This document shows positions 16,130 through 29,912 of a stretch of DNA of 64,000 nt, piece after piece (position 1 is the stretch's first letter; every line of letters starts with the position of its first letter). The notes below the pieces were generated by a model that was not told the DNA's origin, did not search any database, and saw only the letters and a program-made list of their open reading frames with translations. A program made the translations under genes and the position numbers. Source of the stretch: the human T2T-CHM13v2.0 reference genome, Homo sapiens; NCBI RefSeq assembly GCF_009914755.1, contig NC_060936.1; one strand, written 5' to 3'.

Positions 16130-18430
16130 GGGTCTAGAAGGATTTCACCTGGTGTGACTAAAGTGTGGGGAACAGTGGGAGGTTGGTTGAGGTCAGAGTA
16201 TTGAGAGTTTTGATTGACATACAAAGCAGTTTAACTTTATTCCGTGAACAATAGAGTGTTTTTGTAGTTATTTTAGTAAATCAGGGTTGTGTCTCAAAAA
16301 GAACCCAAAGGTAGTGTGAGGAACAGAGTGAAATAATAAATGTCTAGAGACGGAAGACTGGTCAGATGCTGTTATAAGAGTCCAGATATCAAAAGATCTG
16401 ATCTAAGGCAGGAGCAGTGGGAATTGAGATAAAAGAGAAGGCTTGTTAAATCTTTTGCAAACTAAATCACTGGGGCTCAGTCTCCTACTGAATATGTCAA
16501 ATGATATGAGAAAACAATTAAAGGCATTTGGCTTCCAGCTTGGATGGCTTGGGGGAATTTTGAGAGTAGCAGACATTATTAGCTACCTGTACAATCATTC
16601 ACCCCATAGCAGATTCGCTGGTTATCTCCCAACAGACCTTGTTCCTTGGGAACAAGGCCCTGCACAATGTATCAAGCAAAAAATGGCATTAACCAGCCTC
16701 CTTTGCAATATAAGCAGAAATCTTGACTGGGACATCCGGGAAGCCTCCTTAAAATAAAGAATTTGAGCCCTTCTCTCTTATTTCCTTAATCCTACTTTCA
16801 TGTCACAGCCTAGCAGGTGCAATGGGCTGGACTGTGACATGGAAGCCTCATACAGAAGAACAGAAAACTGATAAGGAGCACAGTTCTGTCTTTATTCATG
16901 GAGCTAAGACAATTGTCCTAGATTGTCTGCCTCAGAATTTCTTTGTATATATAATCCACGATTGAATTAGGTCTTTGTTAATATCAGCCACATCTAATCA
17001 TAATGGATTCAACTACCTTCTCTCTTTTCGAACAGAACCCTGACTCTACTCAGACACCCTCCTTTCTCAAGGCAACCATATGGTGCAACAGAGGCAGGCT
17101 TATCACAGTGGATAAGCCTTTCCATTTTACAGTAGATGGTTTTGCAAAGTGCACTTAACACAATTCTGGCCAATGGAATGAGAGGAGAAGTCTTCTAGAG
17201 GGTTCCTGGGAAAGGATTTCCTTGCTGATATGAGACACAAGAAAAGAAATAGCCCCTCTCTTCTTCCAATGGACACTGCCTTGTCTGGATGTGATGCCTG
17301 GAACTGCAGCAGCCATCTCATGAGAGGCTAGCCTGAGGGTAAACCAATGGGCTGAAAATGGCAGAAAGTGAAAAGAAAAAGAAGCCGTATCTTGCCTGAT
17401 GTCATTTATCCTCTGAATCAACTAATCAAGGCAGTGGCTTATTTCTAGAATGCTGATTATGTGAAGCAATACATTATCTTTATTGTTCAAACCAATTGAG
17501 TCTGGGTTTTCTGTTAGGGTGGAAAGCATCCTCACTATGTTATTAACCCAAAAATGGATAATCAGTTTGGGAAAGGGATCCAGAAAATAATTTATTTCTA
17601 AAATGTTGACTTTGATGATTTGTTATGACAAGTATAAAACTTGAAATAGAGGTGGTGCACAACTTGGGTATTTGGGGAACACAGATATATAGATAGTAGT
17701 TGGAGTCACGATTTGGGAGAACTCCTCAGGAAGCACATGCCTGTTGGGAAAGGGGTCATGGATAAATGCCTGGGAAGCAACTTAATTTAAAGCATGAACA
17801 AACGAGTGTCAGAGAAAAGGACAGAGAAAGAAGAGACAAAAGTAAGGAGGGAAATCTCCAAACAGCAGTGATTTCAGGAAACAAGAGGATGGAACTTTAA
17901 GAAGGGGAAATTGCTGCAGATAAGAGGCTGTGGGATTTATCAGTATGGAGTTCATAACTTTTGAGACTAGTTTTAGTAAAGAGAGGGTGCAGGAGCTTAT
18001 TTAAAGTGACCTGAGGAGACTGGGAGTATTGGGTGCTTCAGTGTTTCTCAAACATTCAAGTAATGTTGTTTTAAAAGAAAAAAAGTACAGATTGCCATAC
18101 AGATTCTGATTAATTAGTTCTGGAGTTGAAGTTCAGAAGGCTGCATTTTAAACAAGGACTGTAGTGTGAGTTGTTCATGAACCACACCTTAAGGAGCCAC
18201 CACTCTTTCATGAATTATTTATGAAGGATGGAAAAGGAGGGTGGCAATTTGAGGCCAGGCAGGGTTGATGGAAGGCATCTATATTGGGGAAGACTCAAGC
18301 ATGATTGAAAGGATATGAGAGGGATGACAGACAGAAGATGTAAGAGCTGATATCTGGTAACATAAAACCCCAGAGAAGAGGGTGGTTGGTAAAGGAGGAA
18401 GGATTCCCCAGAACAGAAAAGAGACAGACA
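16130..18430. mobile_element. Decayed antisense L2 with nested MLT1 LTRs (~16560-17520) and MER5-like element (~18040-18205)
   Basis: L2-like purine-rich blocks; MLT1J-like 'ttctggccaatggaatgagaggagaagtctt' and 'gatgtgatgcctggaactgcagcagccatct'; MER5-like 'cagtgtttctcaaa...accacaccttaaggagcc'. Confidence 0.6.
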
Positions 18431-18436
18431 ATCGGG

Positions 18437-18804
18437 GTGTCTTAGTCCATTCAGGCTGCTTTAACAAAATAACATAGACTGTGTGGCTTATAATCAACAG
18501 AAATGCATTTCTTATTGTTCTGGAGGCTGGGAAGTCCAAGATCAAGGTATTGGCAGATTCTGTTTCTGGTGAAGGCTTACTTTCTGGTTCATAGATGGCA
18601 CCGTCTTGGTGTGTCCTCACATGGTGGAAGGGGAAAATGAGCTCCCTTGGGCCTCTTTTATAAGGGCACTAATACCCTCATGAGGTCTCTGCCCTAAGAA
18701 TCTAATCATCTCCCAAAGGCCCCCGCTTTCCAGCACTATTACCCTTGGGGTTAGAATTTCGACTTACGAATTTGGGAGGACATAAACATTTATATACCAT
18801 AGCA
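18437..18804 (-). mobile_element. MaLR solo LTR (MLT1A-like)
   Basis: 'tgtcttagtccattcaggctgct...accatagca'; TG...CA ends; ~370 bp. Confidence 0.88.
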
Positions 18805-19069
18805 GAGGGGTAAACCTATCTACCCCAAACTACTTGCAACTAGGCTTTCTGTGTGTTTTCATGCACTGCTCTTTCTGCTTTCTCTGTTCACATGGGGTTG
18901 GTCACTCCACCCTCTCTTCTGGAAAGCCTTAGAGTTACCACGAAAGATTCTTCCAAATTGTTCCCTCCTCAATAAACACACAAATGAATAAAATGCCACA
19001 AATGGAAATAGACAGTTAAAAGATATTGATTCAAAATAAAACATTATTTTAATCGATTAAATATTTTAC

Positions 19070-19225
19070 AATGAAATGGACTACTTCCAGAGGTCATGAT
19101 TTCTTATGTTATAAGATTTCAAGCTAGAAAATATTCTGACAAATGTTGCAGGCAGAATTGATGTACTGGAGAAAAGTTTGAACCAGATGAGTTCCCTTTC
19201 AACTCTGAGATTCTAGGATTCTAGG
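19070..19225 (+). mobile_element. L3/CR1 3' terminus
   Basis: Ends 'ccctttcaactctgagattctaggattcta', like the CR1/L3 3' tail. Confidence 0.7.
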
Positions 19226-19350
19226 TAATATTGGAATATAAGAACCTCCATAGGGAAAGAGAAAAGGGCAAGTCAGGGATAGAGCTGGGGAGAAATTTGG
19301 AACTTTGGACAGCATGAGAATACTGGGATATGATAAAAGTAGAGGACAGA

Positions 19351-19857
<507 letters not shown>

Positions 19858-20270
19858 AGCAGCAACAGCAAGAAGGGTGGCATTCAAAGTAGGTTTTACC
19901 TTCGATATGATTTTTGTCTTAGGCTGGCTGAATATTTTTCTAACTCCCAGCTAACTGATGGTGCCACAGTTTGATGTAAATTTCATGTCAAATTTTGAAA
20001 CTGCCTCAGGCTATGTCTATGCCTCAGTCTTGCACTAGAGAATTCTCAGTCTGTCACTGAGACTAATCCTAATGATTTCAAGGTGGATTAATTGTTGCAT
20101 AAGGCATGAAAAAGATGATCAAATGTTGTTGGCTTCCAAATGCTCAGCTTTTATAAACAAAAATGGCAACAATTATCAACAGCCAATATATTAAGGCATG
20201 GCAGAGAGTAGAGATTGTTTTGGGAGGATTTTTTTTTTCCAAATGAATTCATTTAATAACTGGTGATGAT

Positions 20271-20595
<325 letters not shown>

Positions 20596-20669
20596 TGAGT
20601 AAAGTATGTATGGCTGATTATCACTAAGTGAAAGGCTAAATGCAAGTAAGAAAAAAAGAAACAAAGACA

Positions 20670-21460
20670 GCAGAGATGCTGTGCTCATTTTGAAAGACAA
20701 AATTGTTGAGTACTACTAATTATATTAATTAATTGGCATGAATAATGTAACAGGAAAAGGGACTGATTAATATCATTAGTAATGAACTTGAATTACATAA
20801 AAATCTCTTCAAGGCATTGCATGGATTTCAAAGACACTCTTTTAGGCACACACAACCCTTGAGTTATCAATTTTTAGTTCATAATGGGAAAAGCAAGTGT
20901 GGGTGGGCAGGTGACTTGTGATAGGTCATGTAGCAAATAGCTTGAAGAATCCAATCTAGGAACAGAGTTCAACCACTGTCCTGTCTAATCCTCCAAATAT
21001 TGATTTGTATCTCAAGCTCTTGTCAGAAAGGATTGTACTGTTGGAAGAATATAAACATTTGGCTGAAATAGGAGTGATGGAAATACTTGAAATGACTTCA
21101 CAGTGACTGAAGGAGATTATTTCCTGGTGGAATGGCTTGTTGAGATAGTGCTGAAAACGCTTGGTTCGAGTTCTTTCCCATCATTAATGGTGTGTAGCAC
21201 AAGTGCATAATGGGCACGGTTGGACTCAATCTATTTTATGCATCCATGCCTGACATTACAAGGGACCTAGATACTATTATTAGAATATGTTTCAAACCCT
21301 CTGGTATACTTTTCTATCTCAGTGGATTTTAAACATCTCCAGAATTCTTGAGGGGTTCACTGATGAACTTCCTTGGAGCAAATGATTGTACCTTTGAACA
21401 AGTCCAATAAGTTACTTTGTAGATTATAGACTGCTGTGCAGTGGTGGCTGAGCAAGAGAA
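20670..21460 (+). mobile_element. Ancient RTE-clade LINE reverse-transcriptase remnant
   Basis: Frame from 21126: GGMAC*DSAENAWFEFFPIINGV*HKCIMGTVGLNLFYASMPDITRDLDTIIRICFKPSGILFYLSGF*TSPEFLRGSLMNFLGANDCTFEQVQ*VTL*IIDCCAVVAEQ, collinear with RTE RT motifs; upstream GLINIISNELELHKNLFKALHGFQR resembles ILARII.NRL...LPESQCGFR. Confidence 0.72.
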
Positions 21461-21789
21461 CTTGAAATGGGTTTAAAGGATACAAGCCAGTTGGCCCCAA
21501 AATTTCGTTGATAGGGAATAGTGAAAAGCTCTCAGTGTGGAAATATTTGGAAATATTTGTCTGTGGCTCTGCAATAGGAAGGAGAGAAGGGTTCCAGGGT
21601 ATGCATCTTCCTAATCTGAAGGAAGATAGTGATATTTATAACAGTGTAGAGTGTATTCAGCACAGAATGGAGTGCATTTTGGTTGAAGAGCAAGATATTT
21701 AAGGAGAAGGAGAAAATATACATTAAAAAAATGTAGGTGAGATAAAAACATGAAGGGTTTGGAAGCAAAGAAGAAGTTTGGACTTCATT

Positions 21790-22052
21790 TCCTCCAGTAA
21801 TTTTCCTCTGATCCTCCCAGAGCAGCTTAGATACTTCTATTAAGTGCTTACATGATATCTTTTATCAAACAGATGTCATGTTTATTGTTGTTATTGCTTC
21901 TTCAATTGTGTGATTTCCCCATTAAACTCAAATTCTGCGAGGCAGGAACTATGTCAGTCTTGTTCACCTTCCTCTCCCTAGGCACCCAGCAAAGACTCTG
22001 GTACATGGCAAGTGCTCAATACATATTTGTTAAATAAGTGAATGAATGAATA
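21790..22052 (+). mobile_element. L2 3' end
   Basis: 'ggcaggaactatgtcagtcttgttcacc...gtgctcaatacatatttgttaaataagtgaatgaatgaa'. Confidence 0.8.
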
Positions 22053-22435
22053 ATGGGAAGCCATTGATGACCACTAAGTTGGGGAGGCCTATGGCTTAAA
22101 AGAATCATATGGCAATGAGATGCACCCCACCCAGGCAATAAGATTCAGGAGTCTGCTACTCCTTAACTTTATCAGCTGCTGGGCTAGTTACTGAATTGTC
22201 AGTGCTTGTCACTTAAGAGAGCTGCCAGGCATGCTCCTTCCAGCTCTTCCACCACTGAGGAACTTCACTGTGATCATGTCATGACTTGGCCTTAAAATCA
22301 CAGTTGAGAAATTGAGTCTCAGGGGACTTTGTGATTTTGTGAGGTTCCATGGTAGTTTGTAAGGAGCAAAGATGACTAGAGTTCAAGTTCCCCAATTCCC
22401 ACCCAAGAGTACTTCTTGATATGCCTTTCTGCAAC

Positions 22436-22676
22436 TTTTTTTTTTTTTTTGAGATTGGGTCTTGCTCTGTCACCCAGGTTGGAGTGTAGTGGTGTGATCT
22501 CAGCTCACTGCAACCTCCACCAGCCAGGCCCAAGCAATCCTCCCACCTCAGCTTTCTGAGTAGCTGAGATCACAGGCACACACCACCATATCCAGCTAAT
22601 TTTTTTGTATTTTTGGTAGACCTGCCTCAGACTCCCAAAGTGCTGGGATTATAGGTGTGAGCCACCATACCCAGTT
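22436..22676 (-). mobile_element. AluJ with internal deletion in left arm
   Basis: 'ttttggtaga' joined directly to 'cctgcctcagactcccaaagtg'. Confidence 0.88.
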
Positions 22677-22939
22677 TAGAAAGAGCTTATTGTTTTGACA
22701 TTAGGTTAGACTTAGAAGAAGAGAGGCTTAGGGAGTAAAATGAGTGAAACTCCTAATTCCAGAGCATCTGCTGTGTCAAGAAAATGATGGTTTTGATCCA
22801 ATATTCTTATATAACAATGGTAAATATGGATCTGTCTGTTTAACAAAGTGTTTAGGATGAAAACTCTAGTACGAAGAACAGAAAGAAGGGCAGGAGAAAA
22901 ATGGGAGATTGTGGGTTGAAGAGTAGAACATCAGTGAGG

Positions 22940-23990
22940 ATGACATAAAATGCTAATTGCCACCAAATAGTTATTCCTTTTTTCTCTTTTATAAAAGAAT
23001 TCTGAGTTTTAGCTAAGCAGATTACTACATAACAAAAAACTATATTTCTCAGGCTCCCTTCAGTATATGTGGCTATGTTTTGTGTAATGAGATTTCATTA
23101 CAGGCAGCTTCTGAAATTGTCCCCAATGACCTCTCTCTCCTGATACTCACCTGCTTGGGCAAATCCTCTTCTTGAATATCAGCTGGACCTAGTGACTCAT
23201 TTCTAATGAATAGAATAGGACTAAAGTGAGGGATGTCATTTCCAAGATTAGGTTAGAAAGAGATTTTAGCTTCATCTTGGGGTACTTTCTTTCGTTCTTG
23301 TTATGAGGAAAGCCAGCTGCCATGTTGTGATCTGCTCCATGGAGAAACCTACGTGGCAAGAAATTGATGTATCCACACAAGAGCCAGTGAGGACCGGAGG
23401 CCTGCCAACAGCTTTGTGAGTGATCTCAGAAAAATATCCTTCCCAGGTGAGCTTTCAGATGACTGTAGACCCTGTCAACACTTCGATTGCAACCGTGTGG
23501 GACACCCTGAGCCAAGAGCACCCAACTAAGTTGCGCCTGAATTCCTGGCCCACAGAAACAGTGAGATAATAAGCATTTGTTGTTTTAAGCTGCTAAGTTT
23601 TGGAATAATTTGATATACAGCAATATACAATTAACACAGATATAAAGGAAGTGCTATGAGGCACCTACGGAAAGTTTCCAGACAGGAAGAAGACAACAGA
23701 GCCACCATGCACATGGCTGTGCTGGTTGAGCTCCATCAGCCATCTTGTATCACAAAGTCAAGAATACCCTCTAGGGGTGGCAGACTTTTGAGTTAGAAGG
23801 ACCTTAGTCTTCTGAAGACCTTGTGGAATTCCTTTACGGGTCATGGACTGTCTACCTTCAGATTCCTTGACTTAAACTTCCCCGAAATGGCCAGTGTTAT
23901 TGCTTTCTGGTATTAGGTCAGTGCAAAAGTCATTGTGGTTTTTGCCGTTTAATATATTGAAGCAAACCTAATCCTGACTGATATAGATGG
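22940..23990 (+). mobile_element. Nested MaLR LTRs (MLT1E/F-like 23096-23637 inside an older MLT1)
   Basis: 'caggcagcttctgaaattgtccccaatgacc' ... 'tgttgttttaagctgctaagttttggaataatttgatatacagcaatatacaattaacaca'. Confidence 0.7.
23913..23950. mobile_element. Half MADE1 (mariner MITE) terminal inverted repeat
   Basis: ttaggtcagtgcaaaagtcattgtggtttttgccgtt resembles the Hsmar1/MADE1 TIR and is preceded by TA. Confidence 0.75.
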
Positions 23991-24122
23991 ATGGTGATAG
24001 AAATAGGGATCCTATGAGTGAAAGGGAGTGTGAATCAGGCTGTATGAGAATGAATGGTGGAGACTGGGACTCTCACAGGACGAGCAACAGATTCAGGGAT
24101 ATTTATTATAAAAAGAAGAAAA

Positions 24123-24528
<406 letters not shown>

Positions 24529-24899
24529 TTATTAAAACCTTTCTTTCAAAATAAAGAAATACAAAATATTTTTGATATTTAAAAACAACTTAAGTTCAAT
24601 ATAAAAATTTTGTACATCGTGCCTGATACCTCTTTCAGTTCCATTTTATTGGACAAATATTTATTGATTGTCTATTATGTGTTTGGTAATTAAAATATTA
24701 CCATTTTATCATTATCAGTATTTTTTTTGTTTTTTAGTTGTAAATTTCCTCTACAATAAATTATTATTATTAACATTATTATGTATTCATTGCTTAAGCA
24801 ACTTACAATAGTTAATACTCTAACCAATAACACACCAGTAAATTCTATGTCGACTTTTCATTTCTAGCAGAGGAAAAAAGTTTCTTCTGGATATTGGCA

Positions 24900-25215
24900 A
24901 ATCAATGGAGGGTCAATATGTCTGCACCCTTAATCCTATCAGTGCTCCAAGAAAAAAATTAAAACATCACTTTAAATGCGACACTGGCATTAAATCAGCT
25001 ATCACCAGAAAAATGCATTCTTGACAAGCCTTCCTGATAATTCTATCTGCCAAAGGCAAGGAAAGCAGAGAAGGGAAAATGCTACTTTGGATCTACTCAC
25101 AGCCTATAAGAAAAAATGTGTTGAAAAAGTAGAAGCACTACAATTTTGGAAGAATAAAATGATGTCCAATATTTTGTGATAGCCAAGGAGGAGAAAACTG
25201 GACATAATCTGCCAT
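24900..25215 (+). mobile_element. CR1/L3 endonuclease-domain remnant
   Basis: Translation FLTSLPDNSICQRQGKQRRENATLDLLTAYKKKCVEKVE resembles CR1 FL..L.DNF..Q.....TR..A.LDL.LTN.EE.V..V. Confidence 0.6.
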
Positions 25216-26257
25216 GATTACTTTTTTATATGCTAATTGTTTTTTATTACAAAATAGCTGTTCATTGCAGAGAAATGTAGAAAACTGAGAAACTTAACAA
25301 AGGAGAAAATAGTAATCCAGAGACAACAATGTTAACATTTTGATTTATATCTTCCTGGCTTTTAAATACATGTATTGTGTTTCTCTTATTATATAATTTG
25401 TATTATACTTTACATAAAATTTTATACTCTGCTTTCTCCCATTCACCATAGATCATAAACATTTTTACATTTTAGTACATGGTCTACTGAGACAATATTT
25501 TAGTGTTTATGTGATACTGTATTAAAGGAAAATACTGATAGTTAATTTTCATTGGCACTATGTGCTAGATACTATATAATAAGTGCATGGTTGGATTATC
25601 TCATTTAATGCTCATGACAATCTCCATGCTAAGTACTGTCAGGATCCCCATTTATATGGAGATTTAGGGGAAATAACTTGGCCAAGGCTCTAAAGGTAAG
25701 AATTAAAAGATTCAGATTTGAATCCAGATAATTTAAAACTAGAGTCTGTGTTCTCAACTATTACATTATAGTATTTCTCTTATTGTAGGAATTTGCAAAA
25801 ATTTACTTCACCAATTCCCTATTGTTGAACTTCTAAGGTGTTTCCATTTATAGGCTATTATAAATAATGCTGTTATTAGAGTTATGACAACATAATTCTA
25901 CTTAACACAATATAACACAATATAATGTTATAACACTTAACACAATATAATATGAATAGTAGTTAATAATTCTACTTAACACAACATAATTCAATTTTGG
26001 CCACACACTTTTGTGAATATCCATTGTCACTGCATTAAGATAAAGTTATGGAAGTGAAATTGCTAGATGAAAAGGTATACATAATTCTGAGACATTCAAT
26101 TTGATTAAAAATATATTAGCCAATTTGATAGAAAAAATCTTTATTTTAATTTGTATTAAAATAATCATCATTGTATTAATGATATATTAATAGTATATTT
26201 ATTGCCTACTCAGATTTATTTTTAAAATCTCTGATATATTTTTATCCAATATATTTT

Positions 26258-26565
<308 letters not shown>

Positions 26566-26849
26566 AGAATTCTTTATATACTCATAGTTGTCAAAATTTA
26601 TCATGAATTTTGCAAATTTTTCTTCTAAAATTTGCCCTTAAATTCTATTTATGGTGTCTTTTCATAGAAAGATTTAAAATTTTTTGGTAATATGTCAATC
26701 TTTAATTTTTTTTATTTGCTGTTAAGTTTAGGAAGGCTTTGTGGCTTTGTGTTCTCTGAGTTTGCACAAATATTTAATCCTATTTTTGAGCAGTTCTTAA
26801 TGAGTTTCTTTGGTAAATTGGATTGATTTTTAAATCCATGTGAATAGCT

Positions 26850-27660
26850 TAAAAAACGAATTCAATTCACTAAAGAAACACATAAATATGTGACCTGGTC
26901 TGATTTGTACGTCACATATCTAAGCATACGATCTGCAAATCAGACCATACTCAGCATTCTGGGGTAGATAAGAATTGCTCTATATGTTATGACCTTATTG
27001 CATATTTGACTTTTTATTAGTGGATGTTGAAACACAATTAAGGTAATATTGTTTAGATACAGATCATTTTAACATCTTTCATTTGTTTCTGAGAAAAAAT
27101 GTGATATATCCCTGAAAAGCAGCTCTAACCCTCTGCAGTTTAGAGTGGTTATCTCAGTGAGTGACAGACCATTCTCTCTTGCAAAGTCTCTTGCTTTATC
27201 TACTGGGATTACCTTGGGAGGAGGTAAATAATTCCTATTGTTCACAAACATTACGGTGTTTCTATTGGCATGATCTTTTCATTCTTTCAGCTACCATTCT
27301 ATATTTTCATATATGATATATTTAGCATTATCATAAACCACAAAGCACCTACTTCTCTGCAGTGGTTTGCTGATATTACAGCCCAGCATTGCGGTTATCC
27401 TACTATATCCCCTCTCTGTATCTTTCTTGTTTCCCTATCAATCTGGATGTGTCTTTTTGGAACTTTCTTCCAGTTTCCAGAGCTGACTTGATTTCCAGAT
27501 TAAGAGCTGTTAATTTCCAGATTAAGCTCCTTGATTTCCAGGGTAAGCTCCTTCAAATGAATTGAAAGAGGACTCTTTTGTCTATCAGAGTTTTACTCGT
27601 TGTCATAGATGTCAGCAAGTGGGATGGTAGCGGTGTCTGTGCTGAACTGGTGAGACCAGG
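26850..27660 (-). pseudogene. RAB11A: Processed pseudogene derived from RAB11A (CDS-homologous part ~27616-26980); symbol given is the parent gene
   Basis: Minus strand collinear with recalled RAB11A mRNA and intronless: 'atccagattgatagggaaacaagaaagatacag' (IQVDGKTIKAQ), 'gtaggtgctttgtggtttatgataatgctaaa' (VGALLVYDIAK), 'tatgaaaatatagaatggtagctgaaagaa' (YENVERWLKE), ORF VIPVDKARDFARENGLSLTE ([20 protein letters not shown]), C-terminus 'gtcataacatatag' (CQNI*), plus UTR-like flanks; multiple stops and frameshifts. Confidence 0.9.
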
Positions 27661-27822
27661 AAAACTGATGCAACAATAATTGGAAGATCATGCTTTCCGA
27701 AATTTAATTTTTTAATAAATCTGAAATTTGTTTTGGTGTTTGATGTGAAGTGAGAGTCTAACCTTATATTAATTTGCTTAAAAAGTAATTTACTTTCCAG
27801 TGATTTCAAGTGCTACTTCTTT

Positions 27823-28092
27823 TTTTATCCCCCCCAAGACGGAGGCTTTCTGTGTTGCCCAGGCTGGAGTGCATTGGCAAGATCTTGGCTTACTGCAACC
27901 TCTGTGTCCCGGTTCAAGCAATTCTCCTGCCTCAGCCTCCCAAGTAGCTGGGATTATAGGTGTGTGCCACCACGACTGGCTAATTTCTGTATTTTTGGTA
28001 GAGATGGGGTTTCACCATGTTGGTCAGGCTGGTCTCAAACTCCTGACCTCATGATCCACCCAACTCAGTCTCCCAAAATGCTGGGATTACAA
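27823..28092 (-). mobile_element. AluS, slightly 5'-truncated
   Basis: 16-bp TSD caagtgctacttcttt at 27807-27822 and 28090-28105. Confidence 0.93.
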
Positions 28093-28306
28093 GTGCTACT
28101 TCTTTCATACATTAAATTTATATATGTGTATGGATATATATATATGTATACATATGTGTGTATACATTCTGTAGATTTTACATATCTTTTTGGTCTCTCA
28201 TTCTATTTATCAATTTCTTTAGTCTTGTGCCACTCCCATGTTGCTTTTATTAATATAGTTTTAAAGTTTATTTTAATATTAGATAGTAGTGATTCAAATC
28301 ATCTTC

Positions 28307-29533
28307 TGTGCAACTAATCAATTTATTGTCTCTCGGCTCCAAATTTACCCTTGACTGAATGCTCTGGGAAAATTGAGCTGAGTCCTTTAACTATTTTTCT
28401 TTGCCAGCTGGGTGTGATGTTAATCTTTGTCCATAAAAGACAATAAAGAGTAATTGCAAGAGGAAGGTGCCTTCTTTCCTGGTTCTGGTGTGCAAGCATG
28501 GCTTTCTCTGCATGGCTTCTCCAGCCTGCCTCTTGCAGGGCACAGTGGTCAGTAGCACCCAGAGGTCAGCACTTTCCCCCAGCACTATGGAATACACATT
28601 TCAAGCAAGTCCACTAGTGCAGCACCACAGTGATTTCTCTGTAATTTAGTTAGCCACAATCGTGCCATCCACAAGGTCTGGATCTGGGGTAAAGTGGGGA
28701 GTGGAGGGAGCTCTTTCTTCTAGCAGCCTTAGAATCCATGGCTGCCTATTATATGTGCTCGCTTTTTTTTTTTTTTTAGGCGAAGTCACTCTATCACCCA
28801 GATTGGAGTGCAGCGACGTGATCTCGGCTCACTGCCACCTCTCCCTCCCGGGTTCAAGCGATTCTCCTGCCTCAGCCTCCTGAGTAGCTGGGATTACACG
28901 TGTGCACCACCACGCCCGGGTAATTTTTTGTGTTTTTTAGTAAAGACAGGGTTTCACCATGTTGGCCAGGCTGGTCTCAAATTCCTGACCTCAGGTGATC
29001 CACCCATCTCAGCTTCCCAAAGTGCTGAGATTACAGGTGTGAGCCACAGCGCCCATCCTATATATACTGTTCTTATATTTTCTAGCTTGCTTTACTTCTT
29101 ACTAGCTAACCCCTTATTACTCCAATCCCCCTTTATGGTTAATAATTCTTTTTGTTGTTGTTGTTGTAATTTTTGTGAGACAGGGTCTCACTCTCACCAA
29201 GGCTGGAGTGCAGTGGCATGATCATGGTTCACTGCAGCCTCAACCTCCTGAGCTCGTGATCCTCCCACCTCAACCTCCTGAGTAGCTGGGACCACAGGCA
29301 CATGCCACCACACCCAGATAATTTTTTAAAAAAATTTTTTTGTAGAGATGATGTCTCACTATGTTGCGCAGGTTTGTCTGGAACTCCTGGCCTCAAGCAG
29401 TCCTCCGACCTCAGCCTCCCAAAGTACTGAGATTACAGGCAGAAGCCACTGTGTCTGGCCTAATAATTCTTAATATTAAACTTTCATTGTTTAAATTATT
29501 GTTTTGTTTCTGTGTCCTGATGGAACCCTGAAT
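28307..29533 (+). mobile_element. ERVL-type LTR (MER54/MER74/MER88-like) split by two antisense Alus (28763-29058, 29151-29460)
   Basis: 'ctcggctccaaatttaccctt...ctttgccagctgg' at start and 'attaaactttc...tttctgtgtcctgatggaaccctga' at end; second Alu has TSD taataattctt. Confidence 0.65.
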
Positions 29534-29599
29534 CTTTTTCAAAAATTTTATAAAATCTTCTTTTTACTTTTCCAGATGAATTTTATAATTAATATGTAA

Positions 29600-29912
29600 T
29601 GGAAACCATCATCACAGCAAACTAACACAGGAACAGAAAACCAAACACTGCATGTTCTCACTCCTAAGTGGGAGTTGAACAATGAGGACACATGGACACA
29701 GGGAGGGGAACATCACACACCAGGGCCTGTCGGGGGATAGGGAGCAAGGGAAGGGAGAGCATTAGGACAAATGCTTAATGCATGTGGGGCTTAAAACCTA
29801 GACGACGGGTTGATAGGTGCAGCAAACCACCATGGCACATGTATACCTATGTAACAAACCTGCACGTTCTGCACATGTATCCTATGACTTAGAGTATAAT
29901 TTTTTAAAAAAA
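29600..29912 (+). mobile_element. L1PA (PA5-PA8-like) 3' end
   Basis: 'aactaacacaggaacagaaaaccaaacactgcatgttctcac' ... 'gcggggcttaaaacctag'-like 3'UTR. Confidence 0.88.
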
